A program made the position numbers and the translations under genes. Of a DNA stretch of 64,000 nucleotides, positions 24,051 through 40,183 are shown piece after piece; positions within the stretch are counted from its first letter, which is position 1, and each line of letters begins with the position of its first letter. The notes under the pieces were generated by a model that was not told the DNA's origin, searched no databases, and saw only the letters and a program-made list of their open reading frames with translations. Source of the DNA: the human T2T-CHM13v2.0 reference genome, Homo sapiens; the NCBI RefSeq assembly GCF_009914755.1, contig NC_060925.1, one strand, 5' to 3'.

Positions 24051-27000
24051 TGTGTTGAGCAGCTGGGGGAAGAGTCCTGGGTAGGCCCCAGGTGGAGAGG
24101 CAGGCAGGAAGGGGATATGTCCTTCCTGCTGGAAATCCCTGCGGTCAGGACACCTGCCGTGCCCTCCCAGGCCATGCATAGCTTTTTCCCACGCCTTTCA
24201 GGGTGATGGGGGCAATCCACCGGGGAGGTCTGTGGTCTTCCCCCACTGCGCTCGCTCGTCCATAGACAGAACCCTCATTCTCAGGCACAGCAGGCAGCTC
24301 ACTTCTCTGACAGGCAGGCCCCTGGGGCTGTCCGTGCCCCTATATCTCACCCCCTCCACCCTAAGCCCAGGTCCTCTGCCCAGCCTGGTACTGGAGGGCA
24401 TGGGTGTCACTCAGACATGTGACTGTCTCAGTCCCAAAGTGTGTCTTCCTGCCCACAAGACAGCCGAGCGCCAAAGAGGGTGCCTAGACTTGATACATGA
24501 AAAAAGGCATCAGCCTGGCGTGTGTGTTTAATACACTTCTGTATGCAGATTGAACTCATGGTAGACAAGGTTTCTTTTGTAGCAAAAAATAAACTACGCA
24601 GAGCACAGTAAATATTCTCCAAGAATGATCTTTGTCCATTTTCATAATAAAGTGACAGTCTGTGGGACAGTTACTGCAAACATTTTCCCAGTCTGTAGTT
24701 TTGGTTTTAATATGGTTACTGAGGTTGTCAGACTATATAAGCTTTGAATTTCATGTACTAAGATGTATGTAGTTTTTTCTCTGCAGTTCCCTCCATTGCT
24801 TAGAAGTAAGCACTAAGCTTAGAAGGTTCACTAATGTTTATTCTTTTTTGTTGCTTCCATTGCATTTATTTACGTATTTCCCTCAGCATTTATTCTGCTG
24901 TCCGCCGTGAAGGAGGAATCTCCCTGGTTAGCCAGTGGTTCAGGCACCAGCAGCCAGCCCAGCTCCTTCCACTGATGCGAGGCAGCCTCTTCATCCCGAA
25001 CTCATCACAAACAGACTCTGTCTCTGGGTATTTCCACTGGGTCTTAGCTCAGCCCCAGACCGTTTAACCTCCTTGCCCTGCATTCCCAGGATGAGACAGA
25101 AGGGCCTGCCGTGTTGATTCTCATGACAGCTTATCAGGAGCTTGTCTAAATGACGGCACAGCCAGTACCTCCCCACTACTCTCATCTTTCCCCTGAAAAT
25201 TACACTGATAATTCCCATCCGTCATTCTTCCAAATGAATTTTGGAGTCACTTTGCCCAGTCCCTTCAAAGTTGCATTGGACTTCTCATTGCAATTGCCTT
25301 AAATGTATGCATGGAGAAAAAAGGACATTTTCAGAGTCGTCAAACTTTGGGAAGGGCAGGGACCGCAGCAGGGGGTGCACTTTCTGACCCCCCAAGGAGG
25401 CAAAGGAGAGAAAGGGCGGCTGCAGAGATTGTTGCAGGGCACTGCCCCCTGGTGCAGAGCGCAGGTATTAGAACCCGCTGGTCCCATGGCTGGACCCACT
25501 GGCCTCCCTCTGGTCCTCTTTCCAAGTGGGGGCTTCCCATGGCTTCAGAGACCTGTTGGGTTACAGCTGCAGCTCAGGCCTCAGCTCCCAGACCAAGTTC
25601 CATCCTAAACACCTTTCAGGAAATCATAGCCAAACATCCCAATTCCACTGTTAGGTATGCCAACTCCACTTAGGAAGTACAGACCCGGTGAGTCATCACA
25701 TCCCTGCGTGTTCTTGGGAAGGCACCAGGTGGGAAGCAGGCCGAATGGAGGTCTATATTAGACCCCAAATGTAGATGCCCGCACCCGGGCCTGCAAGAGG
25801 GCCCTGAGCCACAGCACCTGGCATGGAAGCCCGCGTGTGGGACCCACCCACCTGGTCCCAGCCTCTCCACCCCCCACCCTATCCAGTGGGCTCAGCTCTC
25901 CTGCTTCTCCCCTCTTTATCCCACCTGGCCTCGACTGCTTCAGGCCTGGTGGGGCACCCAGGCCACCACTCCTGGGTTACACGCAGAACTGGGCTTGGCT
26001 CAGAGCCTCTCCCCAGTAGACATAAGGAGTGGACAGGCTTCCATTTCTTCCATTTTTAAATCTGGCAAACAATTCCTCTAGCTTGCCTGAAAAGCATTAC
26101 TAAAAGACACTACCTTTCCATGTTTTTGTCTCATTCTCTGCTGGAAATAATAAAAACAGCCTTTGGATGGAGGAGAAATAACGTAGGGAGAAAGAAGAAT
26201 CAAACTACCAGCTCAGTGGATAACTCAAGGTGCTAATTTCCAAAGCAAACTGCTCCCCGTGTCCAGTCCGCGGGCTGGCGGTTGCACGCTCCTTCCCTGC
26301 AGCCTGACTTTAATCCTTCCAGAGCTGAGAGTCCCACAGAGAGATGCAAAACATCCCTGAAAGCTCCCCGAACGAACATTTCTGTCAATCCAAGAAAATA
26401 ATCCAGCATCTTTTCTGAATTTTCACAGACATTTCTCCTGATAGGAGAGTGAGCAAAGTCATTGATGCTAAAGGTGTTTTCTGACCCTCAGATGCAAGGT
26501 GCCCGCAGCAGTCCTCACGTCAACACCAACGACTGCCCCGTACCGCCCCGGTCTGTTCCTCACATCAACACCAACGACCACCCCGGACCGCCCCAGTCTG
26601 TGCCAGCACCCCCAGTGTGAGATGACCACAAAATCCAGCAACACCCAGCACGTGCAGGTGATGGCCAGAGACGGGGGTGAGAGAGGGGGTGGGAGGCCGG
26701 GGGTGAGAGACGGGGTGGGAGTCTCTCCAGATAGCAAAGGATCGCACCAGAAACCCTGCACCAAATACGTAACTGAGTCTATGGCCAGCCTTTGGGTAGC
26801 CGACTCTGAATTCATTTCTAAGCCTCTGAATTTGCCCCAAAAGAGAAAGTAAAGTGAAAAGATCAATCTGTGGCATACCTAAGGTGGGCTGTGTGATGTG
26901 GCCCCAAGCGTGGCGGGGGAGAACGGGAATCCCGGAGCAGATGGCCCGGTCAGAACCCCAGTGTCCCAACTGCCGCCTGGCTGGGATGTCTTCCTTCCTG

Positions 27001-27424
27001 GTTCTGTGCCTGTGTCCTCCTGAATGACAATGGAGACAGCAGAGGGGCAACCTCCGGTTCCAGTTCCTGCTCAGCGTTTGAACCATGGTACCAGCAAGCA
27101 CAGCTATTGTTCTGAGGACAAGACAGTGGCCAGACACACAGGCCTGGGCTGCGGCGTGCAGGCTTCCCCCTCTACACCCCGCTCCCGCCATCCCTCCCTC
27201 CAACCCTCCAACCCCGGACACACAGGCCTGGGCTGTGCCATGCAGGCCCCCACAACTGCCCGCCCTCCCACCCCCGGCTCCTGCCATCCCTCCCTCCAAC
27301 CTCGGGGGCAGCATCAGGATGAAGCTAGGTCTGGAAATATGAAGGTGTTTCAGACCAGGTGCTGACACTCAGATGGAAAACTGTACCTACTCCCGCCACC
27401 ATGCTAGCAGCTCAGGACACAGCC

Positions 27425-28030
27425 TACTGGGTTGAAGAGTGGCCTCCAAAGACGTTGGCCCACATCCTCCCCTGCCACCGGCTCCCGTGAATGTGACCTT
27501 ATTTGAAAAAAGGGTGTCTGCCCCATGTTCTCACTTATGAGTGGGAGCCGAATGATGAGAACACATGGACACATGTGGGGAACAGCACTCGCTGGGGCCT
27601 GTGGAGGGGTGGTGGGGAGGGAGAGCATCAGGAAGAAGAGCTAATGGATGCTGGGCTGAATAACCAGGTGACGGCTGACCTGCACAGCAAACCACCACGG
27701 CACACATTTACCTGTGTCACAAACCTGCACATCCTGCACATGGACCCCTGAACTTAAAACAAAATTTGAAGAAAAAATAAATTAAACTGGGAAAGAAAAA
27801 AAGGTGTTTGCAGATATAATCAAGTAAAGGATCTCCGGATGAGAGCATCCTGGATTTTCCCGGCAGGCTGTAAATCCTCGGACAGGCGTCCTTGTAAGAG
27901 AAAGCAGAGGGAGATTTGAGACAGAGCCACAGGGAGAGCGCAGCGTGGAGACCGAGGCGATGTGTCCATGAGCCAAGGGGAACCGGGGGTTGCTGGAGCT
28001 GCCAGAAGCTGGGAGAGAGACAGGCTGGCC
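27425..28030 (+). mobile_element. MLT1-family LTR interrupted by an L1 3' end
   Basis: GTGAATGTGACCTTATTTG before the L1; TTTGCAGATATAATCAAGT..GGATGAGAGCATCCTGGATT..GCCAAGG..CCAGAAGCTGG after it. Confidence 0.75.
27518..27794 (+). mobile_element. 5'-truncated L1 (old L1PA/L1PREC-type 3'UTR)
   Basis: CATGTTCTCACTTAT..GGGAGAGCATCAGGAAGA..CAAACCTGCACATCCTGCACATG..GAACTTAAAA; TSD gaaaaaagggtgt / gaaaaaaaggtgt. Confidence 0.9.
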
Positions 28031-29558
28031 CGGTCCTCGGTCACTTGTTACAGCACTGCAGGAAACTCCTGAGTGAGGCACCCAGGGCCCTGTCCCTGGG
28101 GAGCCCCCGGCCCAGAGAGGAGCGGGGCCTCCACAGCGGGTGCTGCCCTGCCCTGCCCTGGGGCAGCGACACCCTGCAGGCCCCTGGCCCCAGCCACCTT
28201 AGCAGCACCTACACACAGGAATAGACAGAGGCTCCCCCATCACCCCGGCGCCATCCCCAGCAAGGCCGAGCCTGGGAGGCAGGGCGCCCTGCTGTCCAGC
28301 AGGCTTTGTGCAGTGCAGCCCTTGCATTTCTCAAGGTCAGAGCGGTGTGGGCCCCACCCTGCCTGCCACACTGACCAGAACCAGAACCGACACACAGTCC
28401 CCAGCAACATTCTGTTTAAGACCTTCTGGCCCCCAAGTTAACCTGAAGTCTCCCAGCCTCCTCCTGGGTCCCACTCACCCAAAGGAAGCCCACCCCTCGA
28501 GACCAGGCCTTCCCACTGGATCCACGGCCGAGAGACCACCTGGGGACCCTGGGCCCCACACGGCGAGGGGCAGGTGGGAAGCAGCGCAAAACCATCCTCC
28601 TGCTGGGGTGCAGAGGTGGAGGAAATTACCATCAACGCGACTCAGCCTTTGAGAACTGCACGAGAATGACACCCCTGCTACTTCCCCGCAGCCTGCTCTT
28701 GATCCTCAAACCCATCCGAAAGGCCCCTTCCCCGCCGGCAGGGAGAGGCATTTATTTGTGGAAGTTGCTTCTGCTTCTGTCATGACTTGCCAAAGAGTAA
28801 GGGCTGTGTCTGCAAGACACCACCTGAGCGCTCACGACTGCCCCAAGCACTGCCAGCCCTCGTACACAGCCCTGGGACCCGCCAAGCCCCAGCCCTGGCT
28901 CCATGGAGAAGGGAGAGGCTGAGAAACATTCCTCAGCCCAAAGTGCATCCCCCAAAGCACAGCTGTCTCTGGAAGCCCAGGACCCTGCCTGAGGGAAGAG
29001 CCTCCAGGCTGCACACTGACCTCCAGCCTGGGGGAGCTGGTGCCGGCACCTAGAGGACACAAACCCTTGGGCTGCCCTTTGGCACGTGGCCCCCTGACTC
29101 CCACATCCATCGGAGAACAAGGGCACAGGCAGGACCCACTGATTTTGTAAAATGCAAAACCATAACATGTGGAAATTAAGATAAAAACCCACACTTCCCA
29201 GCGGAGATTTCCAGTGGCAGGAAGATAAATAATGACTTCATGTAGGGCCTGAATACACACACCCAGCGTGAAGCTGCGCCCTCTAATTGGAAGACCTCGC
29301 ATGGGTGATGCTGCCACCTGCTGACAGAAATGGAAATAGCTCCTTCAAAGCCCCAAGAAATACACAAACTCAGGGGCTCCCCTCCCGGGACCTCACAGCC
29401 ACACCCCAATCACGAACCATCTTCCCTGCCCCACGACCAGTGTGTGTGGAGAGAGCAGCCATCCGGCTGGACGTTCCATCATGCACGTGTGACACATCAT
29501 TACATGTGTCCCCCAGAAAGGCACAGTCCAGTCTTAACCCCAGTGCGTGTGATATGAC

Positions 29559-32500
29559 TGGTATGGTTTGGCTGTATGCCCCCACCCAAATGTCATCTCC
29601 AATTGTAATCCCCCACGTGTCGAGAGAGGGGCCTGGTGGGAAGAGATTGCATCATGGGGGCAGATTTCTCCCTTGCTGTTCTCGTGATAGTCAGTTCTCA
29701 GGAGATCTGATGGTTTAAATGTGTGGCTTCCCCTTCATCTTCCGCCATGACTGTAAGTTTCCTGAGGCCTCCCCAGCCGGGTGTAATGGTGAGTCAATTG
29801 AACCTCTTTCCTTTATAAATTACCCAGGCTCAGGTAGTTCTTTATAGGAGTGTGAACATGGACTAATACAGAAAATTGGTAGCAGGATAGTGGGCACTGA
29901 TATTAAGATACCTGAAAATGTGGAGGTGACTTTGGAACTGGGTAATGGGCAGAGGTTGGAACAGTTTGGAGGGCTCAGAAGACAGGAAGATGTGGGAAAG
30001 TTTGGAACTTCCTAGAGACTTGTTGAATGGTTCTGACCGAAATGCTGATAGTGATACGGACAATGTCCAGGCTGATGTGGTCTCAGACGAAGATGAGGAA
30101 CTTACTGGGAACTGGAGCAAAGCTATATTTTAGTAAAGAGACTAGGAGCATTTTGTCCCCTGCCCTAGAGATCCGTGGAACTTTGAATTTGAGAGAGATG
30201 ATTTAGGGTATCTGGCAGAAGAAATTTCTAAGCGGCAAAGCATTTGAGATGTGAGCTGGCTTTTTCTGAAAGTGTACAGTCATGTGCGTTCACAAGGAGA
30301 TGATCTGAAATTGGAACTTATGTTTAAAAGCAAAGCAGGACATAAAAGTTTGGAAAATTTGCAGCCTGACTATGTGGTAGAAAACCCATTGTCTGGGGGA
30401 GAAATTCAAGCCATCAGCTGTAGAAATGTCTCCAAGACATTTCAGAGAGCTTCACGGCAGACCCTCCCATCACAGGCCCAGAGGCCTTGGGGGCAAAATC
30501 AGCTCCAGTCAGGGCCAAAAGGGGTCAAGGGACAGCCCAGGCGGAGCCCGTAGGTGTGCAGAAGACAAGAGGTGAACTTCGGGAGACTCTGCCTAGATTT
30601 CAGAGGATGTATGGAAACACCTAGAAGTCCAGGCTGAAGTCTGCTGCAGGGGCAGAGCCCTCATGGAGAACCTCTGCTAGGGCAATGCAGAGGGGAAATG
30701 TGGGGTGGGAGCCTCCACACACGGAGTCCCCACTGGGGCACTTGTAGGGACCAGCCCTACAGGGTCAGTGGGTCTTTCTCCCCATGTGCAGAGATGAGAG
30801 ATCGTAGAAATAAAGACACAAGAGAAAGAGATAGAAGAAAAGACAGCTGGGCCCTGGGGGACCACTATTACCAAGGCGCGGAGACCGGTAGCGGCCCCGA
30901 ATGCCTGGCTGCGCTGTTATTTATTGGGTACAAGACAAGGGGGCAGGGTAAGGAGTGTGACTCATCTCCAATGATAGGTAAGGTCACGTGGTTCACATGT
31001 CCACTGGACAGGGGGCCCTTCCCCGTTTGGCAGCTGAGGCGGAGAGAGAGAGGAGAGACAGCTTACGCCATTATTTCCGCATATCAGAGACTTCTGGTAC
31101 TTCCACTAATTTTGCACCTGCTATCTAAAAGGCAGAGCCAGGTGTACAGGATGGAACATGAAAGCGGACCAGGAGCATGACCACTGAAGCACAGCATCAC
31201 AGGGAGACAGGCCTCCAGATAACTGTGGGCAAGCCTGACTAATGTCAGGCCCTCCACAAGAGGTGGAGGAGTAGAGTCTTCTCTAAACTCCCCTGGGGAA
31301 AGGGAGACTCCTTTTCCTGGTCTGCTCAGTAGTGGGTGCTTTTCCCTTGGCACTGACGCTGCCACTAGACCACGGTCCGCTTGGTAACGGGCGTCTTCCC
31401 AGACGCTGGTGTTACCGCTAGACCAAGGAGCCCTCTGGTGGCCCTGTCCGGGCATAACAGAAGGCTCGCACTTGTCTTCTGGTCACTTCTCACCATGTCC
31501 CCTCAGCTCCCATCTCTGTACGGCCTGGTTTTTTCTAGGTTATGATTGTAGAGCGAGGATTATTATAATATTGGAATAAAGAGCAATTACTACAAATTAA
31601 TGATTAATGATATTTACATATAATCATATCTATGATCTAGATCTAGTATAACTCTTGTTATTTTATATATCTTATTACACCGGAACAGCTCGTGCCCTCG
31701 GTCTCTTGCCTCAGCACCGGGGTGGCTTGCTGCCCACAGGCACTGACTAGTGGAGCTACGAGAAGGGGGACACTGTCCTCCAGACCCCAGAATGGTAGAT
31801 CTACCAGCAGCTTGCACCCTGCACCTGGAAAAGCCGTAGGCACTCAGGGGCAGAGCTTCCCAAGGCCTTGGAAGCCCACCCCTTGCATCAGTGTGGCCCT
31901 GGATGTGAGACATGCAGTCAAAGGAGATTATTTTGGAGCTGTAAGATATAATGACTAACCCACTAGATTTTGGACTTGCATGGGGCTTTTAGCCCCTTTG
32001 TTTTGGCCAATTTCTCCCTTTTGGAATGGGATCATTTACCGAGTGCCAGTACCTCCATTATACCTTGGAAGTAACTAACTTGTTTTTGATTTTACAGGTT
32101 CATAGGCAGAAGGGACTTTGTCTCAGATGAGACTTTGGACTGTGGACTTTTGAGTTAATGCTGAAATAAGACTTTGGGGGACTGTTGGGAGGGCATGATT
32201 GGTTTTGAAATGTAAAAAGGACATGAGATTTAGGAGGGGCCGGGGTAGAATGATATGGTTTAGCTGTGTCCCCACCCAAATCTCATCTCGAATTGTAATC
32301 CCCACATGTCGAGGGAGGGACCTGGTGGGAGGTGATTGGAGCATGGGGGCGATTTCCCCCGTGCTCTTCTTGTCATAGTTCTCACAAGATCTGATGGTTT
32401 AAGTGTGGCACATCCCACTACCCCCGCCGCCATGTAAGACGTGCCTTGCTTCCCCTTTGCCTTCCGCCATGATTGTAAGTTTCCTAAGGTCTCCCCAGTC

Positions 32501-32599
32501 ATGTGTAACTGTGAGTCAATGAAACCTCTTTTCTTTATAAATTACCCAGCTTCAGGTAAGTTCTTCATATTAATAGCAGTGGGAAAACAAACAAACACA
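29559..32599 (+). mobile_element. THE1D-like (ERVL-MaLR) provirus: 5'LTR 29559-29870, internal region, 3'LTR 32251-32599
   Basis: Two LTRs (TGRTATGGTTT...ACA); THE1-int hallmarks (GTGACTTTGGAACTGGGTAA, TTTGGAACTTCCTAGAGACTTGTTGAATGG); 5-bp TSD atgac/gtgac. Confidence 0.9.
30743..31738 (-). mobile_element. LTR13 (HERV-K/HML-4 group) solo LTR
   Basis: Minus strand begins TGTGGGCAGCAAGCCACCC..GCAAGAGACCGAGGGCACGAGCTGTTCC and ends CCCTACA; 996 bp; perfect 6-bp TSD GGCACT. Confidence 0.9.
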
Positions 32600-34399
32600 G
32601 TGACCTTATTTGGTCAAACATGATGATGATCGACTAAAGATGAGGTCACTAGGGTGGTCCCTAATCCAACAGGGATGTTGCAGAAGAGACCCACCTGGAG
32701 AAGGTCGTGTGAAGATGGAGGCAGGGATGGGAGCAGTGCATGAGCAAGCCCAGGACACCAAGCAGGCCTGGCAGAGCAAGACATGCGTCAACCCTCAGGG
32801 CTGCAGAGGGAGCATGGCCCTGCACACTCCTTGATTTTGCACTTCTGGCCTCCAGGGCTATGAGGAAACACGTTTCTGTTGTTTTTAAAACAGTTGTTGT
32901 TTTTAAAACCAGTTTGTGATGCATTGTGACAGAAGCCCCAGGAAACTCATCCATACTGAGTGAAATTTGTTTATTGTCTAAAATACAGTCCCTCCATCAT
33001 CTATCCCTCCTGTCATTTCTGGAATTTATAGACATCCAAGTCACTCCCCATATCCACAGAAGGCTCAGGCACCTGGTTCAGAATCCTCATTGTCCTGCCA
33101 GCTCCCACCAGCAGTCTGCAGCCTCGGCCCCAGCCAGTGTCACTTCATCCCATTCCCTGGACATCTGGTTCCAGGACCACAGCTCCATCCTTGGCGTGGT
33201 CCAGAACTTGCTCCTACCTCTCTCCCCCATTCTCCCTCTTTCTCCCCCCCATTCTCTCTCCCTCTCTTTCTCATTCTCCCTTCTCCTCCCTCTTTCTCCC
33301 TCCCTCTCTCTGGAATCTCTGGTTCCAGTTGCCCATCACTGACTACAGCTTGCAGCTGTCCAGGTATTTCTCATCTACATCCACTCAGCTCCCTCCCGGC
33401 CTCTGTTCTTCCTCCCTCAGGGGTATTCTCCCACTCACCAGCACCTGTTGGATCCGCGGCCATTTCTAACCGGACTGGATACTTGGACCTCAAGGTCCCC
33501 GCTGGTAAGATAGCTGGGAGACACTCGTCTGTAGGTCCCTCTGGCAGGTCTTGCGGGGCGTGCCAAGAACACATTGCCCTGACCACTCTTTTCTGGGCCA
33601 TTTCTCACGCCTGTGCTTGCAGTGGGCACCCTTGCCGGGGAGACAGCCTCCCTGTGGGACAAAGACCACATTGGTCCACAGGATCCAGGGTCCTGTTTTG
33701 TAGTGCACCCGCTGTGGTGCAACATGCGTCTGGGCACACCAGCGTCGCCCGTTTCCTGTTGTAGTCTTTCCTCTCTGACTCCAGGGGTATTGGGTCTTTC
33801 TGCCAGCGCCCATGCAACTTTGGCAGCCTGGCCTGTCTGCTGGCAAGTGGGGCAGAATCCCTGCACTCCACCATTCTTGGGCAACACTCCCTCTAGGATT
33901 TTGGCCTCCCTTTTCTCTCTGGTCTTTGACCACCGCTACCCAGCAAACTCCTCCATCTAGACCAGCCAGCATTGGTTTCTTCCACTCCCCCAGCTGCCGC
34001 GTGGGAGGCGCCACTGCAAACTTCCCTGGGGTCTCCCAGCTGCTCAGAGATCCCCATGCCCTTCCCTGATCAGCTCCCTGCCCGGTTCTCATCCCGGCGA
34101 TTCTAAACCGTCCATCTTTACAAATACTCCGCTCCATCCCCACTCCCTGACTGAAGTAAACAGATGTATCCTGAACTCCTCATTCTCCCCCCATCTCACT
34201 CTCCTCGCCTGTGTGCACCTCGCCTCGTGTGTCTTCCTCACCTCCGAGCAGAGGGATCTGTCCTCCTGCCCGAAGGTAACCCTGACCCCTGGACTCTGCG
34301 CCTCCTTCCCGCAGCCTCCACCAGATTGCGGGTCCGTTCACCGCCCCCCTCCACACGCGCTGGGGGCACCTCCGGGAGCTGGGGCTAGCGCAGGGCACA

Positions 34400-35479
<1,080 letters not shown>

Positions 35480-35482
35480 TGA

Positions 35483-35611
<129 letters not shown>

Positions 35612-35787
35612 TAAGCCGGGGCTGCGCTCTCCTTGGTGGGGGGACTCGCCCCGAGCCGCCGCGCAGCACCTTGCGAGGACTTCCCGGGGTGCTCGTGCCA
35701 CGCTCAGGCGCCCCGTGCCGCCCCTGCTGCCCTTCCAGGCGGGCTGGCCTTGGCTAAGTCGAGACAGCCGCGTCCAGTGTGGACTGA

Positions 35788-35985
<198 letters not shown>

Positions 35986-36680
35986 TAAGCCTGTTCAGAG
36001 TCCAGTATCACTGGACCTAAGCACCAGAGTGGACCTTACAATTCAGCCCTTTTAAATCAGCCCCCCAAGCGGTGTGTCTTCTCTGTCATTAATTATAAGC
36101 ACAAAGGCTCCAGCTCCAAATATCAATGGGAAGTTCCTTAAAAAGAAGCGACTTCTGGGCAATTGAGTGCATTAAAAGGAATTCTGGCACAGAAGGCAGC
36201 TATTAGGCTGGTAGTAAAAAGACTTACATGAGTTCAGGATGCATTGAAGTAGAGCCCAGCGTGTTAAAAAGGAACTTGGATGTTCTTCAGGAAAAGTCCA
36301 AACTCTGCATTTTTCTCCAGCCAGGGACAGATTGCATATGACACATCAAGTCTTGCTCTGGCTAATTTTTTAAAGAGAAATGGAGGGTCCCGTTGTAATT
36401 TATAGATACCACTAAAAGACAAATTTGGAAATATTTAATGACCAGCTTTCAGGAGTTGATCTTTTTGCTGTAGGATAATTTTCTGACGTGAGGAACCTAA
36501 ACATTACTACAGTCAGTTAAGCTGTAGAACTTGGGTTTTTGATGGAGAGATTTGGATGGGGGATTCAGGAAGCTAAAATAAAAATTTTACCTTTTGGTTA
36601 AAACATTTAATATGACATAAGGAAAAGGAAGATTACACTTCCTTTTCACTCATTTGGCTAGCCTATCTATAATTATTCCC

Positions 36681-36996
<316 letters not shown>

Positions 36997-37124
36997 TAAT
37001 CATGTAAAGATTACCAAAATAATACATTTAATAACCAAAATATACCTAATTTGTCATATTTATACCCACAGTATTTAAAGCAATTGTTAGTGGAGATTGA
37101 AGTTACTACTAAAAACCACAGGCC

Positions 37125-37440
<316 letters not shown>

Positions 37441-37587
37441 CTACAAGCCGTTTTCCATTGTGATATGTCATAGGTCTTTTCTGTAAACGTGTGCTTTTTG
37501 CTGTCATATTCTCCTAACTGATGAGACTGTCAGATTGTCCATGAGAGCACTGTGGCCTGCCATGCTAAGTCTGGCTATTTCTTCTGA

Positions 37588-37770
<183 letters not shown>

Positions 37771-37774
37771 TAGC

Positions 37775-37992
37775 CGCGCCCCCCGCAGTGATGGAAACAC
37801 CCCCCGCAGTCACGGAGACACTTCAGGTCTGCACTGTCCGGCGGCCACGCGGAGCTGCCGAGCACTTGAGACGTGGCTAGAAATGAGAGAGGAAGCTCTC
37901 ATTTTAGAGTTGATTCCCTAAGTTGTCAGAAATTCTGGTTAATTTATGTTAAAGTAGCCGCATGTGGCCAGTGGCTGCTGGTTAGCATAGCT
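37775..37992 (+). mobile_element. MER3-like (hAT-Charlie) relic
   Basis: GATGGAAA..TCTGCACTGTCC..GAGCACTTGAGACGTGGCTAG..TAGCCGCATGTGGCCAGTGGCT. Confidence 0.6.
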
Positions 37993-38471
37993 CCATAATG
38001 TGGCCTCCTGATGGTGATCTGGGTGGGGAAGGGCCCCAGCTGGGCTTCAGAGAGTGGCAGCAGACCCAGCCGTGCCAGATGACCAGTGCGGATGCGCACC
38101 AGGAGAGGAGGCCTCGGGGCTGGGGTTAGAGCAGAGCCCAGAGCCCAGAGCCTGGCGGGGGTCCTGCACTTCCCCAGCTGTGTGCCTCGGCCTGGTTACT
38201 GACCTGGTAGGTTGGGTGACGGCAAAGCCACTCAGCCCTGTATACAGGAAGGGTTCTGCAGGTGCTGGCTGCCATTGGCCACAGGAGAGCATGGTGGCAA
38301 GATTTCCACACACCTAGAGAGCTCCGTGGGGACGAGAGTTGAGAGACCCCCAGGATGTGGCAGAGGCAGCCCTTTCAAGTGAAGGGACGAAGAGATAGGC
38401 GGCATTTGGAGGGATTTAAGTGTCTCAGAATGCTAATTTTTTCAAGTAATAGACATTCTTATCTTGCCTGA

Positions 38472-38699
<228 letters not shown>

Positions 38700-39521
38700 C
38701 CGCTGCGTTCTGGGAGCTCCTCCCCCTCCCCAGAAGGCCAAGGGATGTGGGGGCTGGGGGACTGGGAGGCCTGGCAGTCTTCATGCTGCCCTGCTGCTGC
38801 TGGAAGGATGGGGATCTTTCACCTTTAGGGATCTCAGCACAATTAGAATCGTAAAGTGAATTCTATCTATTTAATTGGATATTGGACTCTGCTCATATAA
38901 GCTACAGACAAAAGCCAAAAGACTCTCGCTGTCCCTGTGCTGCTGGTATTTCATTCTCTGTAACTTCAGTTCTGGTGTTTTCCTTGAGTATCTACTTGGC
39001 TTCTCGTGGTTTTTCCCACCCCAGCTGCCCCAGCACGCGGGACCCATAGCACACCCCTTAGCGCTTGCCTAGGTTGCTGAAAACAGGGAGGCACCTGGTA
39101 TCTCGAGTGCCTGCAGTTGCAAGTATGTTTACACCTGGTGTCCAATTTTGTATTTTAAAATGTAATCCATTTTTACTTCAGCTCATCCAAAAGCAGCCAG
39201 CAGACCGGTTGACTGAGACCGGTCTGTGGCTGTGGGCCCCTTGGTGACCCGCTGCTCTTTTGGAAATGGGTGACCTGAAGTGACACTTTTTCCACAATTA
39301 ACCCAAGTTGTGTTAATACTTCAGGTCTGTTTCCCAGACCCAGAAAGCTTTACAGAAAATCATTGTAAGACAATTTATTAATTTGAGAAAGTCACCTTGA
39401 CAGTTCTTTGCACACAAGTTTTACACCTCTCTGGATTCGAAGTTTGTATTGTATTCATAGTTAAAGGGAATCGGGTACTTTGCTTGTTGAATAATGCACT
39501 TTAAAACAAGGAACCGTATCA

Positions 39522-39807
<286 letters not shown>

Positions 39808-40177
39808 TTATGACGCAGCTGATGCCTGCCTTGGTTCCTACCACTCTGGTGTAGACAGAGGACTTTGTCCAAGTCTCACACTAAACATGCCCGGGCTTCG
39901 ATGTGCCTGGAGGATTTCCCCACAGGGACCCACGCACCTCCCTGTATCTGCGCAGCTTGCTCGTGTGGCTGGAAGCGCTGTCGATAAGCTTCACGCACTG
40001 GCTTGCCAGTTCTTCAGCTCTAGGACTTGTAGCTTTAAGCAAACGGTGTGGCATGGGTTGAGTGTGGCCACCTGCAGGATGTGCAGGGCTGCCTCAGAAG
40101 CTGGCTGGGGACTCTAGCCTCTGTGTTCATAAAGACATTAAGAAGTGGATGGATGTTGTTCCTTTTTTGAAGTTGTC

Positions 40178-40183
40178 ATTAAA
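40178..40183 (+). terminator. TPRG1L: Probable TPRG1L polyadenylation signal (ATTAAA)
   Basis: ATTAAA about 1.5 kb after the stop, followed by a CA-containing cleavage zone and a GT/T-rich tract. Confidence 0.6.

Larger units (their letters stand above)
29490..32957 (+). mobile_element. MLT1-family LTR split by a THE1D insertion (outer host element)
   Basis: 5' part ..TGTGTCCCCAGAAA..TAACCCCAG..TGAC at 29490-29558 resumes as GTGACCTTATTTGG..ATGAGGTCA..CCCTAATCCAA..CAGGAAACT at 32600-32957. Confidence 0.75.

Noticed and set aside
29768-29780. PRDM9 hotspot motif in the THE1 LTR
   Set aside because: The sequence is CCTCCCCAGCCGG, which lacks the required T at position 7 and the final C.
31610-31680. 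Palindromic AT-rich TATGATCTAGATCTAG segment
   Set aside because: Intrinsic part of the LTR13 sequence.
33090-34143. ORFs of about 220 aa or a possible divergent lncRNA upstream of TPRG1L
   Set aside because: No recognisable protein and no exon structure that I can define from sequence alone; may include ancient repeat debris.
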